From a virus, in the IMG/VR virus record IMGVR_UViG_3300042731_005759, positions 96,001 through 160,000 of that record: a stretch of DNA of 64,000 nucleotides, one strand, 5' to 3'. Positions 13,231 through 23,729 of this stretch are shown here, in pieces. The translations under genes and the position numbers were made by a program. Numbering within the stretch: position 1 is the stretch's first letter; each line of letters begins with the position of its first letter. A model generated the notes under the pieces. The model had not been told where the DNA came from, ran no database searches, and saw nothing but the letters and a program-made list of their open reading frames with translations.

Positions 13231-14532
13231 ATGACGTTAAATTATACAGTTACATTAACGGGGGGAACCGACAACGGAACCTACACAATATATTACAATC
13301 AAGTTGATCCGTCTAATATTGCAACCATTTATGGGTCATCAACTCCTGCGACTAATCTAACGTTATCACAAGTACAAAGTGGTGTAATTGTTACAATACC
13401 AGCGAGTTCTTCATTAATTATATTTGTAAACGATAATCCAAATTTTGCGACTGATTGTGGGACAAATCAGGTAGTATATAATATTGTACCTGATGCAACA
13501 CAACCACCAACCGCAACACCACTACCAACTGCAAACCCATCATCAACTCCAACAGCAACACAAGCACCAACACCTGAACCCACACCTAATCCTACACCTG
13601 AACCTACACCTGATCCGACACCTGCTCCAACAGGTGTAGAAGCAACATATAAGTTTTGTCAATGTGGTGGGGAAGGAACGGTTGCGGATTCGGCCCAATT
13701 ACAGTTCAACACAGGAACTTGTATATATTTAACAGCAACACAATTAGGTGGAGTACCATCTGCGGGGGACACTGTGTTTATGAGTGACGCATATTGTTAT
13801 GAGTATGATAGTATGGAACAAGGTAACGCAACCTCTTTAACAGTCAATAACACAACTTGTGTATGTGCGACTCCTGAACCTTCACCTGAACCAACCCCTA
13901 ACCCAACACCAGTAGAATTAAGAAATTTAAAATTTGAACATTGTACAGATATAGAGACTTCACCTCTTAGTGAAGAAGTTACGACTGAAAACGCACAATT
14001 AAATCTACCGATCTATCTTACAGCAACTGAATATGGTAGTACACCATCATTGGGTGATACATTACGAGTTGATGTGGGTGATAATACTCTTAAGTGTTAT
14101 GAATATGTAGGGATAGAAGAGGGACCATGGAGTGATTCCTACAGTATCGTTAATACTAGTTGTACGTGTCCACCTCCTGAACCTACTCCTCCACCAACAG
14201 GAACTCAAAACACATATTACATAACAACACCATCACGATCCCTCCTTCAATTATGTGCCGCTAATTATAACTTAAGTACAGTAATAACTTGTTCTGCTAG
14301 TAGTATACCATTGATGCTCGGTGAAACAGTATACGATGAATTTGGAGATCCATTCCCAAGTGATGATGGAACAGTTGAAAGTCCTAAGTTTCATGCGATC
14401 ACCACTTTAGATAATCAATCAATGGATACACTAATATCACCTTGGAGTTATATTCAAATTGATCAAAATGGTATTGTCGTAGATGTTGGTACCAATGATT
14501 GTGATACAGAGGGTGGGGGGAACCCATACTAA
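13231..14532 (+). CDS. Modular virion protein (shared N-domain, two CYEY-type Cys-rich domains, terminal domain)
   Basis: N-domain clearly paralogous to 4672 (TYTIYYNQVDPSNIAT vs [16 protein letters not shown]). Internal duplication IYLTAT..G..PS.GDT...CYEY...CxC. Confidence 0.85.
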   Translation: MTLNYTVTLTGGTDNGTYTIYYNQVDPSNIATIYGSSTPATNLTLSQVQSGVIVTIPASSSLIIFVNDNPNFATDCGTNQVVYNIVPDATQPPTATPLPTANPSSTPTATQAPTPEPTPNPTPEPTPDPTPAPTGVEATYKFCQCGGEGTVADSAQLQFNTGTCIYLTATQLGGVPSAGDTVFMSDAYCYEYDSMEQGNATSLTVNNTTCVCATPEPSPEPTPNPTPVELRNLKFEHCTDIETSPLSEEVTTENAQLNLPIYLTATEYGSTPSLGDTLRVDVGDNTLKCYEYVGIEEGPWSDSYSIVNTSCTCPPPEPTPPPTGTQNTYYITTPSRSLLQLCAANYNLSTVITCSASSIPLMLGETVYDEFGDPFPSDDGTVESPKFHAITTLDNQSMDTLISPWSYIQIDQNGIVVDVGTNDCDTEGGGNPY

Positions 14533-14576
14533 AACTTAAATTTAATTTTTAACCTCATACAATCTACATTCTAAAG

Positions 14577-14584
14577 TATTTATA
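14577..14584 (+). promoter_or_regulatory. Putative late promoter TATTTATA
   Basis: AAGTATTTATA upstream of 14604. Confidence 0.65.
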
Positions 14585-14603
14585 ACAATATAGGTGATAC
14601 TTT

Positions 14604-16562
14604 ATGGGTGTAAGATTAACGGTCAATAATTTATATAATAATGGTGTGTGTTCTGAGTATGGGATATACACTGCCACAACGTACAATGGGGACCCATATG
14701 TGATCCCTCCAAGTGCAACATTTTTAGGTGAACACTCACTTCCTTACGAATTTACCTTAAGTAGTATTACAAGTGGACCTATTTATGTATTTGTTGAACA
14801 TTGTGACAATCATATTTTACCACCACCAAACGAAGATCCAAAAAGACAAGGTGGATTTCAAGTAAAATTGGTAAACATTGACTGTGAACCTGATTGTCCT
14901 ATTGGACCGACAGGTACACCTAATCCAACTGCTTTCCCAACCGCAACACCTCAACCAACTCCTAACCCAACTAATGAACCAACACCTAATCCTACACCGA
15001 ATCCAACTGCGGAACCTACACCTGAACCAACTAATCAACCAACACCATCCCCAAGTCCAACACCTAACTGTGACTTCGATATAGATATTGATTTTGGTAC
15101 GACACCAACTCCGACCCCTACAACTAACTGTGATTTTGACGTAGATATTGATTTCGGTACTACCCCCACACCAACATCCACACCTAACTGTGACTTCGAT
15201 ATAGATATTGATTTGGGTACCACACCAACTCCAACACCAACTAATAATTGTGATTTTGATGTTGATGTAGATATTCTTACACCAACTCCAACACCAACTA
15301 ATAATTGTGATTTTGATGTTGATGTAGATATCCTTGTACCAACACCATCACCATCACCTTCACCAACTAATAATTGTGATTTTGATGTTGATATAGATAT
15401 TGTTACTCCGACACCAGTACCAAGTCCAACATCTACACCTAATTGTGATTTCGATATTGACATAGATATTGTAACTCCAACATCTACACCTAATCCAACA
15501 TCTACACCGAATTGTGACTTTGATGTAGACATAGATATTGCAACACCAACACCAACACCTAATCCATCATCTACACCTAACCCATCATCAACACCTAATC
15601 CAACACCTAACCCTACTGCAAATTGTGACTTTGATGTAGACATAGATATTGCAACACCAACACCTACACCATTACCAAGTAGTACACCACTACCGTCATC
15701 TACACCTAACGCAACCCCTAATCCAACCCCTAATCCAACCCCTAATCCAACACCTAACCCAACTAATGAACCAACACCTAATCCAACACCTAACCCAACA
15801 TCAACACCTAATTGTAATTTTGCTGTTGATGTAGATATTGCAACACCAACACCGACACCTAATGCGACTAATCAACCCACACCTAACCCAACTAATGAAC
15901 CAACCCCTAACCCTACCGCAAATCCAACATCAACCCCTAATCCAACACCTAACGCAACCCCTAATCCAACCCCTAACCCTACCGCAAATCCAACAAGCAC
16001 ACCTATTCCAACCCCAACTCCAACTGAAGGTGGAGGTGGAGGTGGCACACAGTATTGGGAGTTAGAATTTTGTGGTAGTGAAGCGACAGCACTTATATAT
16101 CTGATAGATAACCTCTCTCAGTACGAACCAGGTGATGTAATATCTTATGGTGGAGATTGTTATACTACAGTTCAAGTCACAACACCACCTAATAAGGCAA
16201 TATTAATAAATCCTGACAATACCTTTACAGACTGTTCTCAATGTACAGGTAGTATGACACCAACATCAACACCTAGTCCTTCTGCAACGGAAGAGGCGAC
16301 TTATTGGGTTCTAAGAACATGTGACGGTGGGCCAACTTTAAATGTTATACATGACCCATTCCTTAACCTAAATCAAGGTGCTGCGGTTTACGCCAATAAT
16401 GAATGTTATGAATTATTTGCTTTAACCTCAGATGATTCAGGTTTAATACTCCACAGTGGAGAATACGAAAATTGTACGGCATGTATAAATGATAATGACC
16501 TACCTCAGGAGGGTATAGAAAATGAGGAAGTAGGACCTACACCAACTCCAACAGAAGAATAA
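14604..16562 (+). CDS. Scaffold-like protein with 10 NCDFD-type repeats and two Cys-rich tip domains
   Basis: Repeats at 15066-15842; two YW.L..C...CY...CxxC domains. Confidence 0.85.
   Translation: MGVRLTVNNLYNNGVCSEYGIYTATTYNGDPYVIPPSATFLGEHSLPYEFTLSSITSGPIYVFVEHCDNHILPPPNEDPKRQGGFQVKLVNIDCEPDCPIGPTGTPNPTAFPTATPQPTPNPTNEPTPNPTPNPTAEPTPEPTNQPTPSPSPTPNCDFDIDIDFGTTPTPTPTTNCDFDVDIDFGTTPTPTSTPNCDFDIDIDLGTTPTPTPTNNCDFDVDVDILTPTPTPTNNCDFDVDVDILVPTPSPSPSPTNNCDFDVDIDIVTPTPVPSPTSTPNCDFDIDIDIVTPTSTPNPTSTPNCDFDVDIDIATPTPTPNPSSTPNPSSTPNPTPNPTANCDFDVDIDIATPTPTPLPSSTPLPSSTPNATPNPTPNPTPNPTPNPTNEPTPNPTPNPTSTPNCNFAVDVDIATPTPTPNATNQPTPNPTNEPTPNPTANPTSTPNPTPNATPNPTPNPTANPTSTPIPTPTPTEGGGGGGTQYWELEFCGSEATALIYLIDNLSQYEPGDVISYGGDCYTTVQVTTPPNKAILINPDNTFTDCSQCTGSMTPTSTPSPSATEEATYWVLRTCDGGPTLNVIHDPFLNLNQGAAVYANNECYELFALTSDDSGLILHSGEYENCTACINDNDLPQEGIENEEVGPTPTPTEE
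15066..15842 (+). repeat. 10 in-frame NCDFD[VI]D[VI]D repeats (last is NCNFAVDVD)
   Basis: Direct reading of the translation; spacing as short as about 19 codons. Confidence 0.95.
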
Positions 16563-16571
16563 TTATAAGAT

Positions 16572-19547
16572 ATGGCATCAATAAAACTTACATGGTCACA
16601 TCCGAACAACAACATCCCAACTGAGGGATATATTGTTGGTTATAGACCTAATGGTTCTTCTGATCCGTATGTGGAAATTTATGTAACTACAGGAACTGAG
16701 GTTATGTTGGATGACCTATTACCAAACACTTTATATGAGGGTTATATTAAATCTAATAACGGTAATGGGATTATTAGTAATGGTATTACTTGGTTACATA
16801 ATTGTGAAAGAGATTGTACGTTAGGGGTTTCTTTTATTGAAAAAACACCTCCGTTACCACCAACTGCGACACCAACTCCAACACCTAATCCAACATCTAC
16901 ACCATTTGCAACATCACCACCACAACCAACACCAACAGCAACTTTAAATTGTTATATATACACTATTGAACATGATAGTACGATAAACGTAACTTCACCA
17001 AAATTCACTTGTTACAGTTATGTAAAATGTGAAGATGGACTAACGTATAATGTGTGTGTGTCAGAGGTTAATGCCTTTGATTATCCTACACAAATTGACG
17101 TTTGTGCTGTTGAAAATACAGTTCAAAACATAACAGATGGTATTAATGTAATTACACAGGGTGTGGCATGTATTAATGAAAATGATGTACCAACCCCAAC
17201 ACCAACAATTACTTTAACTGCAACACCAAGTGCAACTTCAACACCACAACCAACAAGTACACCTTTACCTACAGAAACAAATATACCGACACAGACTCCA
17301 CAACCAACTTTACAACCAACACCTACACCGTCTATAGACCCTAATTTGCCGACACCTAATCCTACTGCAACATCGGGTAACGAACCGACACCTAATCCTA
17401 CTGCAACAGTAGACCCTAATTTACCGACACCCTCACCAACGTCAGGGGATGGACTTGATCCTACTCCAACAAATACTGGTGATGGTAATGAACCTACACC
17501 AGAGCCTACTTCAACACCAAATAATTTAGGTCCGACTCCAACACCAACATCAGGAGATGGTAATGAACCAACACCTTTCCCAACACAGACACCAGTATCA
17601 ACAAGTACACCTATTCCAACTCAAACACCATTACCAACAAATACACCATATGCAACACCTGAACCAACACATACACAACAACCAACAAGTACACCTGTAC
17701 CTACAGAAAATTTAGAACCTACACCTACACCAACAGATTGTGAGGTTGATTTAGATTGTTACTCAGAAATATTAGATCCTAATTTACCGACTGCGACACC
17801 TAATCCAACACTTGTACCAAATCCAACTCCTAATCCTACAAGTACGAATTACCCAACACCTGAACCAACACATACACCACAACCAACAAGTACACCTTAT
17901 CCAACTGGTGTGTCAAACCCAACACCTGTACCAACAAGTACTCCTAATGCGACTTCGACTCCACAACCAAGTCCAACACCATTTGCAACTCCAAACCCGA
18001 CTCCGATACCTTCGTCTACACCTGACGCAACACCACTACCGTCATCTACACCTGATGCAACACCAATTCCTACAACAACACCTGATCCTACACCAATTCC
18101 AACCTCGACACCTGAGTCAACACCTAATGCAACACCAATTCCTACAACAACACCTGATCCTACACCGATACCTTCCTCTACTCCTGATCCGACGCCACTA
18201 CCATCATCAACACCTGACCCAACTCAGGATCCAACCCCTAACCCAACGTCAACACCTAATCCCACACCAAATCCAACTGCATCGGAAACACCACAACCAA
18301 CGTTAACAAGTTCACCGAATCCAACCGCAACACCATTACCAACACAATCATCAAGTGAGGTGTGTATAATGTACGATTGGTTAGGTAGTCAAGTGATACC
18401 ACAATCTCATGGTAAAGCATATGCGGACACAACAACTGTTAGTTCTATAACTGAGTTCTATTTATATGATCTTGGTTGTGGTCAACAAGACTTTGAGTAC
18501 TTAGTAAATAACTTCTTAACAACAGGATATACATTCACAGTTAGTAGATCTGCGGACAGTAGTTCAGCAACATTTACCTTAGATAGTTTAAGTGATAATG
18601 CGTCTAATGATTATTGGACATTAGGTGTGACGTATGTTTCAGGAAATGTTACACAAGCACCTTCAGGATTACCATGTCACCAACCAAATACTTTCTGTTT
18701 CAATTATCCTCCACAATCGGGTCAACCTACTCCTGAACCTACAAGTACACCTTATCCGACACCCGCACCTACAAGTACACCCGAAGCAACAACGGACGTA
18801 TTGGCACCAACATCAACATTAGGTTATGTCGATGATAATCCACAACCAACACCATTTGCAACACCTAATCCAACACCTGAGTATGGACCAACAGCAACGG
18901 AAGTTTTACCACCAACAGCCACAGCAATAAGTGAATTAGGTGTATTACCAACTTCAACACCACAATCAACACCTTTCCCAACAGATTATCCAACCCCGAC
19001 TCCAACTGAGAATGGTGGATCAACCTCATTAGCATGTAGATTAACAGTTATAGGTTCTGCGGAGGAAGATGAATCGTTATGTGAATTAGTAATAAAGTCG
19101 TCTTATTCTTTACCTGAACCTACACCAACTCCAACAGTAAATAATTGCGAACTTGTATTGATTGGATCTTCAGAAGATTTAGATTGTGAATTAGTGTTAT
19201 TATCAAGTTACAGTGCATTACCAACCATATATACATATTATGTGGTAAATGATTCGACAAACCATTATATATTCTATAATGACGAAAATGGTAATGATCT
19301 TGTGGGGAACGACCCACAACTCACAATTAAAGTGGGGGACACATTAAACATAACGAACTTATCGGGTGGACATCCATTATACTTTAAAACATCTCCTACA
19401 ACAGGTACGGGTGATCAAGTAAATGGTGCGACAGGACAAGGAGCAACCAATGGAACAGTATCATGGACACCAACAGTTGCGGGAACATATTATTATCAGT
19501 GTAGTGCACACATAAACATGTCAGGTATTATTACAGTGACCAACTAA
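16572..19547 (+). CDS. Modular virion protein: N-terminal FN3-like domain, long PT linkers, CELV-type strands, C-terminal cupredoxin-like domain
   Basis: IKLTWSHP...GYIVGYRP...LLPNTLYE resembles FN3. GGHP...GTYYYQCSAHINMSG supplies type-1 Cu ligands. Confidence 0.8.
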   Translation: MASIKLTWSHPNNNIPTEGYIVGYRPNGSSDPYVEIYVTTGTEVMLDDLLPNTLYEGYIKSNNGNGIISNGITWLHNCERDCTLGVSFIEKTPPLPPTATPTPTPNPTSTPFATSPPQPTPTATLNCYIYTIEHDSTINVTSPKFTCYSYVKCEDGLTYNVCVSEVNAFDYPTQIDVCAVENTVQNITDGINVITQGVACINENDVPTPTPTITLTATPSATSTPQPTSTPLPTETNIPTQTPQPTLQPTPTPSIDPNLPTPNPTATSGNEPTPNPTATVDPNLPTPSPTSGDGLDPTPTNTGDGNEPTPEPTSTPNNLGPTPTPTSGDGNEPTPFPTQTPVSTSTPIPTQTPLPTNTPYATPEPTHTQQPTSTPVPTENLEPTPTPTDCEVDLDCYSEILDPNLPTATPNPTLVPNPTPNPTSTNYPTPEPTHTPQPTSTPYPTGVSNPTPVPTSTPNATSTPQPSPTPFATPNPTPIPSSTPDATPLPSSTPDATPIPTTTPDPTPIPTSTPESTPNATPIPTTTPDPTPIPSSTPDPTPLPSSTPDPTQDPTPNPTSTPNPTPNPTASETPQPTLTSSPNPTATPLPTQSSSEVCIMYDWLGSQVIPQSHGKAYADTTTVSSITEFYLYDLGCGQQDFEYLVNNFLTTGYTFTVSRSADSSSATFTLDSLSDNASNDYWTLGVTYVSGNVTQAPSGLPCHQPNTFCFNYPPQSGQPTPEPTSTPYPTPAPTSTPEATTDVLAPTSTLGYVDDNPQPTPFATPNPTPEYGPTATEVLPPTATAISELGVLPTSTPQSTPFPTDYPTPTPTENGGSTSLACRLTVIGSAEEDESLCELVIKSSYSLPEPTPTPTVNNCELVLIGSSEDLDCELVLLSSYSALPTIYTYYVVNDSTNHYIFYNDENGNDLVGNDPQLTIKVGDTLNITNLSGGHPLYFKTSPTTGTGDQVNGATGQGATNGTVSWTPTVAGTYYYQCSAHINMSGIITVTN

Positions 19548-19548
19548 A

Positions 19549-19555
19549 TATTTAT
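19549..19555 (+). promoter_or_regulatory. Putative late promoter TATTTAT, 12 nt before ATG
   Basis: ATG at 19561. Confidence 0.65.
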
Positions 19556-19560
19556 GAACA

Positions 19561-22500
19561 ATGGCGTTTTTAGTTGAAATAGGTTTAAATAATCCATCAT
19601 CGGGGGCATCTACTTATGATGTTTATATCACTGACTTTGATGTAAACACGGGTTGGATTCAAGTTGTGTCGGGTATCACCTATAACCAATTTCCTGTTAT
19701 TGTAAATACTGATGATTATCCCGACGTAAATCACAGTATAAAATATAAAATAGTTAGTGATAATGGTTGTGAATGTGAGGGTTGTCCTGGTGAACAAATA
19801 ACAGTTACATACGCTCACGAAGATCAAAACGGGGTATTAACGAATTTTAATGCATCGAATACCACATACTCTGAAATGGAGACGATCTTATGTAACTATG
19901 GTTCTGGCCAAGGACTTTTAGGTAATGGTAATTATAAGATTCAAAAACATGGTTCTAATGTCGCGATAGGAGATGCAATCTTTTACTCATGGAATGATGC
20001 ATGTAACCCATACAGTAATAGAATATTTTACCTAAAAGAAACTCTTAATATAATACCAGGTTACTACGTCGTTACAGATGGTAACGGTATAATAACACAA
20101 TTAGATTATATAGATTGTACATCACCAACCGCAACACCAACACCAAGTCCTTCAGAAACACCTGTTGCCACCCCTAATCCTACTGCATCACCAACACCAA
20201 GTAGTACACCTAATGCCACTCCAAACCCTACTGCATCAGAAACTCCTGATGCAACACCTAATCCTACATCATCACCAACTCCAACACCTACTGAAACAGA
20301 AGATACAAGTCCTACGCCGACACCAAGTAGTACACCTGATGCAACACCTGTACCCCTACAACCGACTAGTGTGATAATATCAGAAGATAATATTTCATAT
20401 GTGACCGCAGCTAATGTGAGTCCTTCCAACTATCCACAAAAAGACGCCGAATATGAAGGTTGGTCGTGGTTAAATATGGAGTCAGGGTACGAGGTAAGTA
20501 ATACTAAGAATTGGGAAATTTACGATTCTAATCTTAATCTTTTATCAGGAACGAATCTTGAAGTTGGTTACAGAATTAGACAGGTTCCATTAAATCAGAA
20601 TTACTACCAAACTCCTGGTGGTATTTATTATTCATTTGTGTGGACCGACGGGAATAATGTCACTTATCTTATAGGTGTTAATGGGGTTTCAGAGACATTT
20701 ACGTATTATGGTAATCCATATACGGTTACATCATTAGATGTAACCTCTAAAACACTAATGAGTGATCTAACATTACCCTCAGGTTATACATTCTACCCTA
20801 ACCAATTTGGACCAGTTGGAGATGGTCAACCATGGCCACCAGCTAATGAAAGGTTAGGAAGGGTACAACCTTATGATTATCCTGAAATTGTAAATTCGGA
20901 TACGTCGTTTGGGTATACCACAGTTGCCGATGGAGATCAGGGAACAACTGATATATTTATTTTTGCGACTCACCCCAAACCACAACTCAATACGGTTATA
21001 CCATCATTATCACCATCTAATACAATTTCATTCATAACTAATTTTACAAATGGGTCAGACTCATCGCTTTTGGTTGATCAGTATTATAGGGTACATATTT
21101 ATCATACTGAATATGAAGGTGTTAATAGTGCTGACGCAATTTCACACGCAAGTACCACACTAATAGGTACAACTAACGATGACCAAATTTCATCTGGGAG
21201 CCTAATGAATAACTCTGGGGTGGGAAGAACGGTAACCTTTACACCATCAACAACAATTGATTTAACAAATAAACGATTAGTATTTAGATATGAATTATAT
21301 CAATTAGATAATGGTAATAGTTATGAAAATTACAATGATTATACATCGAATATTCATATAAGAGCAGGTAAGAGAGTCTCCGCAACAAATAACACACTTA
21401 CAAGAATTACGATTAGTGGAGATATTATTACCCCAACACCTAACCCTACTGCAACACCACAAGCAACACCTGACCCAACTGCAACTAATGTACCGACCGC
21501 AACACCACAATCGACACCTAACCCTACTGCAACACCAACAGGTACACCGAACGCAACACCTGAACCAACACCAACTAATACACCTAACCCTACTACGATA
21601 CCTAACGCATATTTTGTATCAAACAGTGGTACTGATTCCTTAAGTTCAAATGGTGATATCAATAATCCGTTTAGAACCTTAGATTATGCAATCTCAAGAA
21701 TAAATAATGAAGACACGATATATTTTAGAGAAGGTTCCTATGAGTTTGACGAAAAAGAAATAACAACCACTGGTTTATCATTAAAATCATATAATAATGA
21801 AAATGTTGTCTTTGACGGAACTAAATCAATCGACGAGTTAAAAGATATTTCTGTTAATGGTGGTAATTGGGTGACATACACAACTGATGTTGTGACAGAT
21901 AACAATCAAACTATAAATGATAAAACACTTTATAGAATTAAATTAAGAAACGATGTTGAAATTTGGCAACTTTTCCATGACAGAAAAGAAGTGATAAACG
22001 CAAGATTCCCAAGTGCTCAATGGGATGATGAAAGTGTATATAGTCATGATAATTGGGGTCATGGGTATTATGATTATAAAGATAATGGAGATATTGAGGA
22101 TGGTTCAGGTAATATTATAGGAAATGGAACTGGTAGTCATTACTATTATGAGAATGGTGAAATAGTTGATGTGGCACATAACAATATTAATCTATATGAT
22201 TTTGTTACCGCTCAACAGGGAATAGATAACACATTTGATCTTTCAGGTTCTCTCATCAACTTGAATGTTGGTTCATTTAGAAGTTATACAAAAGTGGTAA
22301 ACTCACAAACATTAGATACCTCTAATCAGGTTATTAGATTATCATATGATAACGTTGCCACATGGAAAGAAAAACACCATTATTATTATTTAGAAAATAA
22401 ATTAGAATTTTTAAATAGTGAGAACGAATGGTTCTTTGATAACAGTACCAAATATCTATATGTTTGGTTAGAAAACGATGAGGTTCCTAGTTTAACAAGT

Positions 22501-23682
22501 ATAAGAGCAAAAGTACAGAGTTATTCATTAAATGTAACTGCGGATAATGTAACTGTTGAAGACATTAATTTCTTTGGAACCACATTAAGAGGTAATGGTG
22601 CTGCTAATTTAACAGTTCGTGATTGTGATTTCTTATATGCAAGTTGTTACCCACATATGTTAAATCAAATAAATTATGGAACACCTATCAGTCCTACCAC
22701 TGATGAAGTTTTCGAAAATCAAACAAGAGTCACAAGTAGTTCAAATGTAACTTTTGAAGGTTGCGCGTTTAGGTATACTGACGGTGATGTAATTCATACA
22801 TCAGGAGGAAATACCACAATCGAAGATTGTTACTTCAATTACATAGATAAAACAGTTACCAACCTATCATCTGTGATGACAACTCTTAGACTTATGGGTA
22901 GTGGTAATATTGTTAAAAACAATACTTTCCGTAAAACAGCAGCGTCTTCAACATTGAATTCAGGTAATGCACCAATCATTGAGTATAACGATATGGCCGA
23001 GAGTGGTTACTTACAAAGTGACGGTGCCATGATACACCTTATGACAGCACAACAAGAAAACGCCAAAATCAGATTCAATTGGGTACACGATACAATTAAA
23101 TATGGTATAAGATTCGATGGAAATGGTGAAGGATTTAATGGTTATGTTCACCACAATATTGGGTGGAATTGTGAAGGTGCAATAATGATAAAAGGTGGTG
23201 AGTTAGACGCTAATGGTAATAGTGTTGGTGGACATTTTGTATATAATAACACCGCTTTCAATAGTACGGTGAAGAATGACATCATGGTATTAAATGTTCA
23301 AGCGGGTCAGGACATCAACTTTGGTTCAGTGGTAATGAATAACTTATCTGAGACGTTAAGTGGTCATAGAAGTGATCCTGAGGCATTTGAATCAAGAATA
23401 ATAAATTCTAATAACTTCACACCAACTAATGTGGAAGATTATTTAGTAAATGTAAATAGTAATGATTATAGACCAATAAATGATGGGTCAATAGTAAATG
23501 CGGGTAATACCACATATACTAATAGTGAATTTAGTCCAACTGGTGTTGATTCATTGACGGACGATATTGGTGCTATGGATTATAATGGTAATTCATGGCA
23601 AGCGGGTATAACATGGAATAATGAGAGATTTAATTTTTATAGTGAACTAACCCCACAACCAACACCAACTAATACTCCTTAA
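19561..23682 (+). CDS. Modular virion protein with C-terminal right-handed beta-helix (polysaccharide lyase/depolymerase-like)
   Basis: YFVSNSGTD...[12 protein letters not shown]...IYFREGSY cap motif, followed by Asn-ladder repeats ([31 protein letters not shown]). Confidence 0.8.
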   Translation: MAFLVEIGLNNPSSGASTYDVYITDFDVNTGWIQVVSGITYNQFPVIVNTDDYPDVNHSIKYKIVSDNGCECEGCPGEQITVTYAHEDQNGVLTNFNASNTTYSEMETILCNYGSGQGLLGNGNYKIQKHGSNVAIGDAIFYSWNDACNPYSNRIFYLKETLNIIPGYYVVTDGNGIITQLDYIDCTSPTATPTPSPSETPVATPNPTASPTPSSTPNATPNPTASETPDATPNPTSSPTPTPTETEDTSPTPTPSSTPDATPVPLQPTSVIISEDNISYVTAANVSPSNYPQKDAEYEGWSWLNMESGYEVSNTKNWEIYDSNLNLLSGTNLEVGYRIRQVPLNQNYYQTPGGIYYSFVWTDGNNVTYLIGVNGVSETFTYYGNPYTVTSLDVTSKTLMSDLTLPSGYTFYPNQFGPVGDGQPWPPANERLGRVQPYDYPEIVNSDTSFGYTTVADGDQGTTDIFIFATHPKPQLNTVIPSLSPSNTISFITNFTNGSDSSLLVDQYYRVHIYHTEYEGVNSADAISHASTTLIGTTNDDQISSGSLMNNSGVGRTVTFTPSTTIDLTNKRLVFRYELYQLDNGNSYENYNDYTSNIHIRAGKRVSATNNTLTRITISGDIITPTPNPTATPQATPDPTATNVPTATPQSTPNPTATPTGTPNATPEPTPTNTPNPTTIPNAYFVSNSGTDSLSSNGDINNPFRTLDYAISRINNEDTIYFREGSYEFDEKEITTTGLSLKSYNNENVVFDGTKSIDELKDISVNGGNWVTYTTDVVTDNNQTINDKTLYRIKLRNDVEIWQLFHDRKEVINARFPSAQWDDESVYSHDNWGHGYYDYKDNGDIEDGSGNIIGNGTGSHYYYENGEIVDVAHNNINLYDFVTAQQGIDNTFDLSGSLINLNVGSFRSYTKVVNSQTLDTSNQVIRLSYDNVATWKEKHHYYYLENKLEFLNSENEWFFDNSTKYLYVWLENDEVPSLTSIRAKVQSYSLNVTADNVTVEDINFFGTTLRGNGAANLTVRDCDFLYASCYPHMLNQINYGTPISPTTDEVFENQTRVTSSSNVTFEGCAFRYTDGDVIHTSGGNTTIEDCYFNYIDKTVTNLSSVMTTLRLMGSGNIVKNNTFRKTAASSTLNSGNAPIIEYNDMAESGYLQSDGAMIHLMTAQQENAKIRFNWVHDTIKYGIRFDGNGEGFNGYVHHNIGWNCEGAIMIKGGELDANGNSVGGHFVYNNTAFNSTVKNDIMVLNVQAGQDINFGSVVMNNLSETLSGHRSDPEAFESRIINSNNFTPTNVEDYLVNVNSNDYRPINDGSIVNAGNTTYTNSEFSPTGVDSLTDDIGAMDYNGNSWQAGITWNNERFNFYSELTPQPTPTNTP

Positions 23683-23717
23683 ACGGATTTAATTAAATAA
23701 TAAATTAAAAGAATAGA

Positions 23718-23725
23718 TATTTATA
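23718..23725 (+). promoter_or_regulatory. Putative late promoter TATTTATA, 12 nt before ATG
   Basis: ATG at 23730. Confidence 0.7.
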
Positions 23726-23729
23726 ACAT

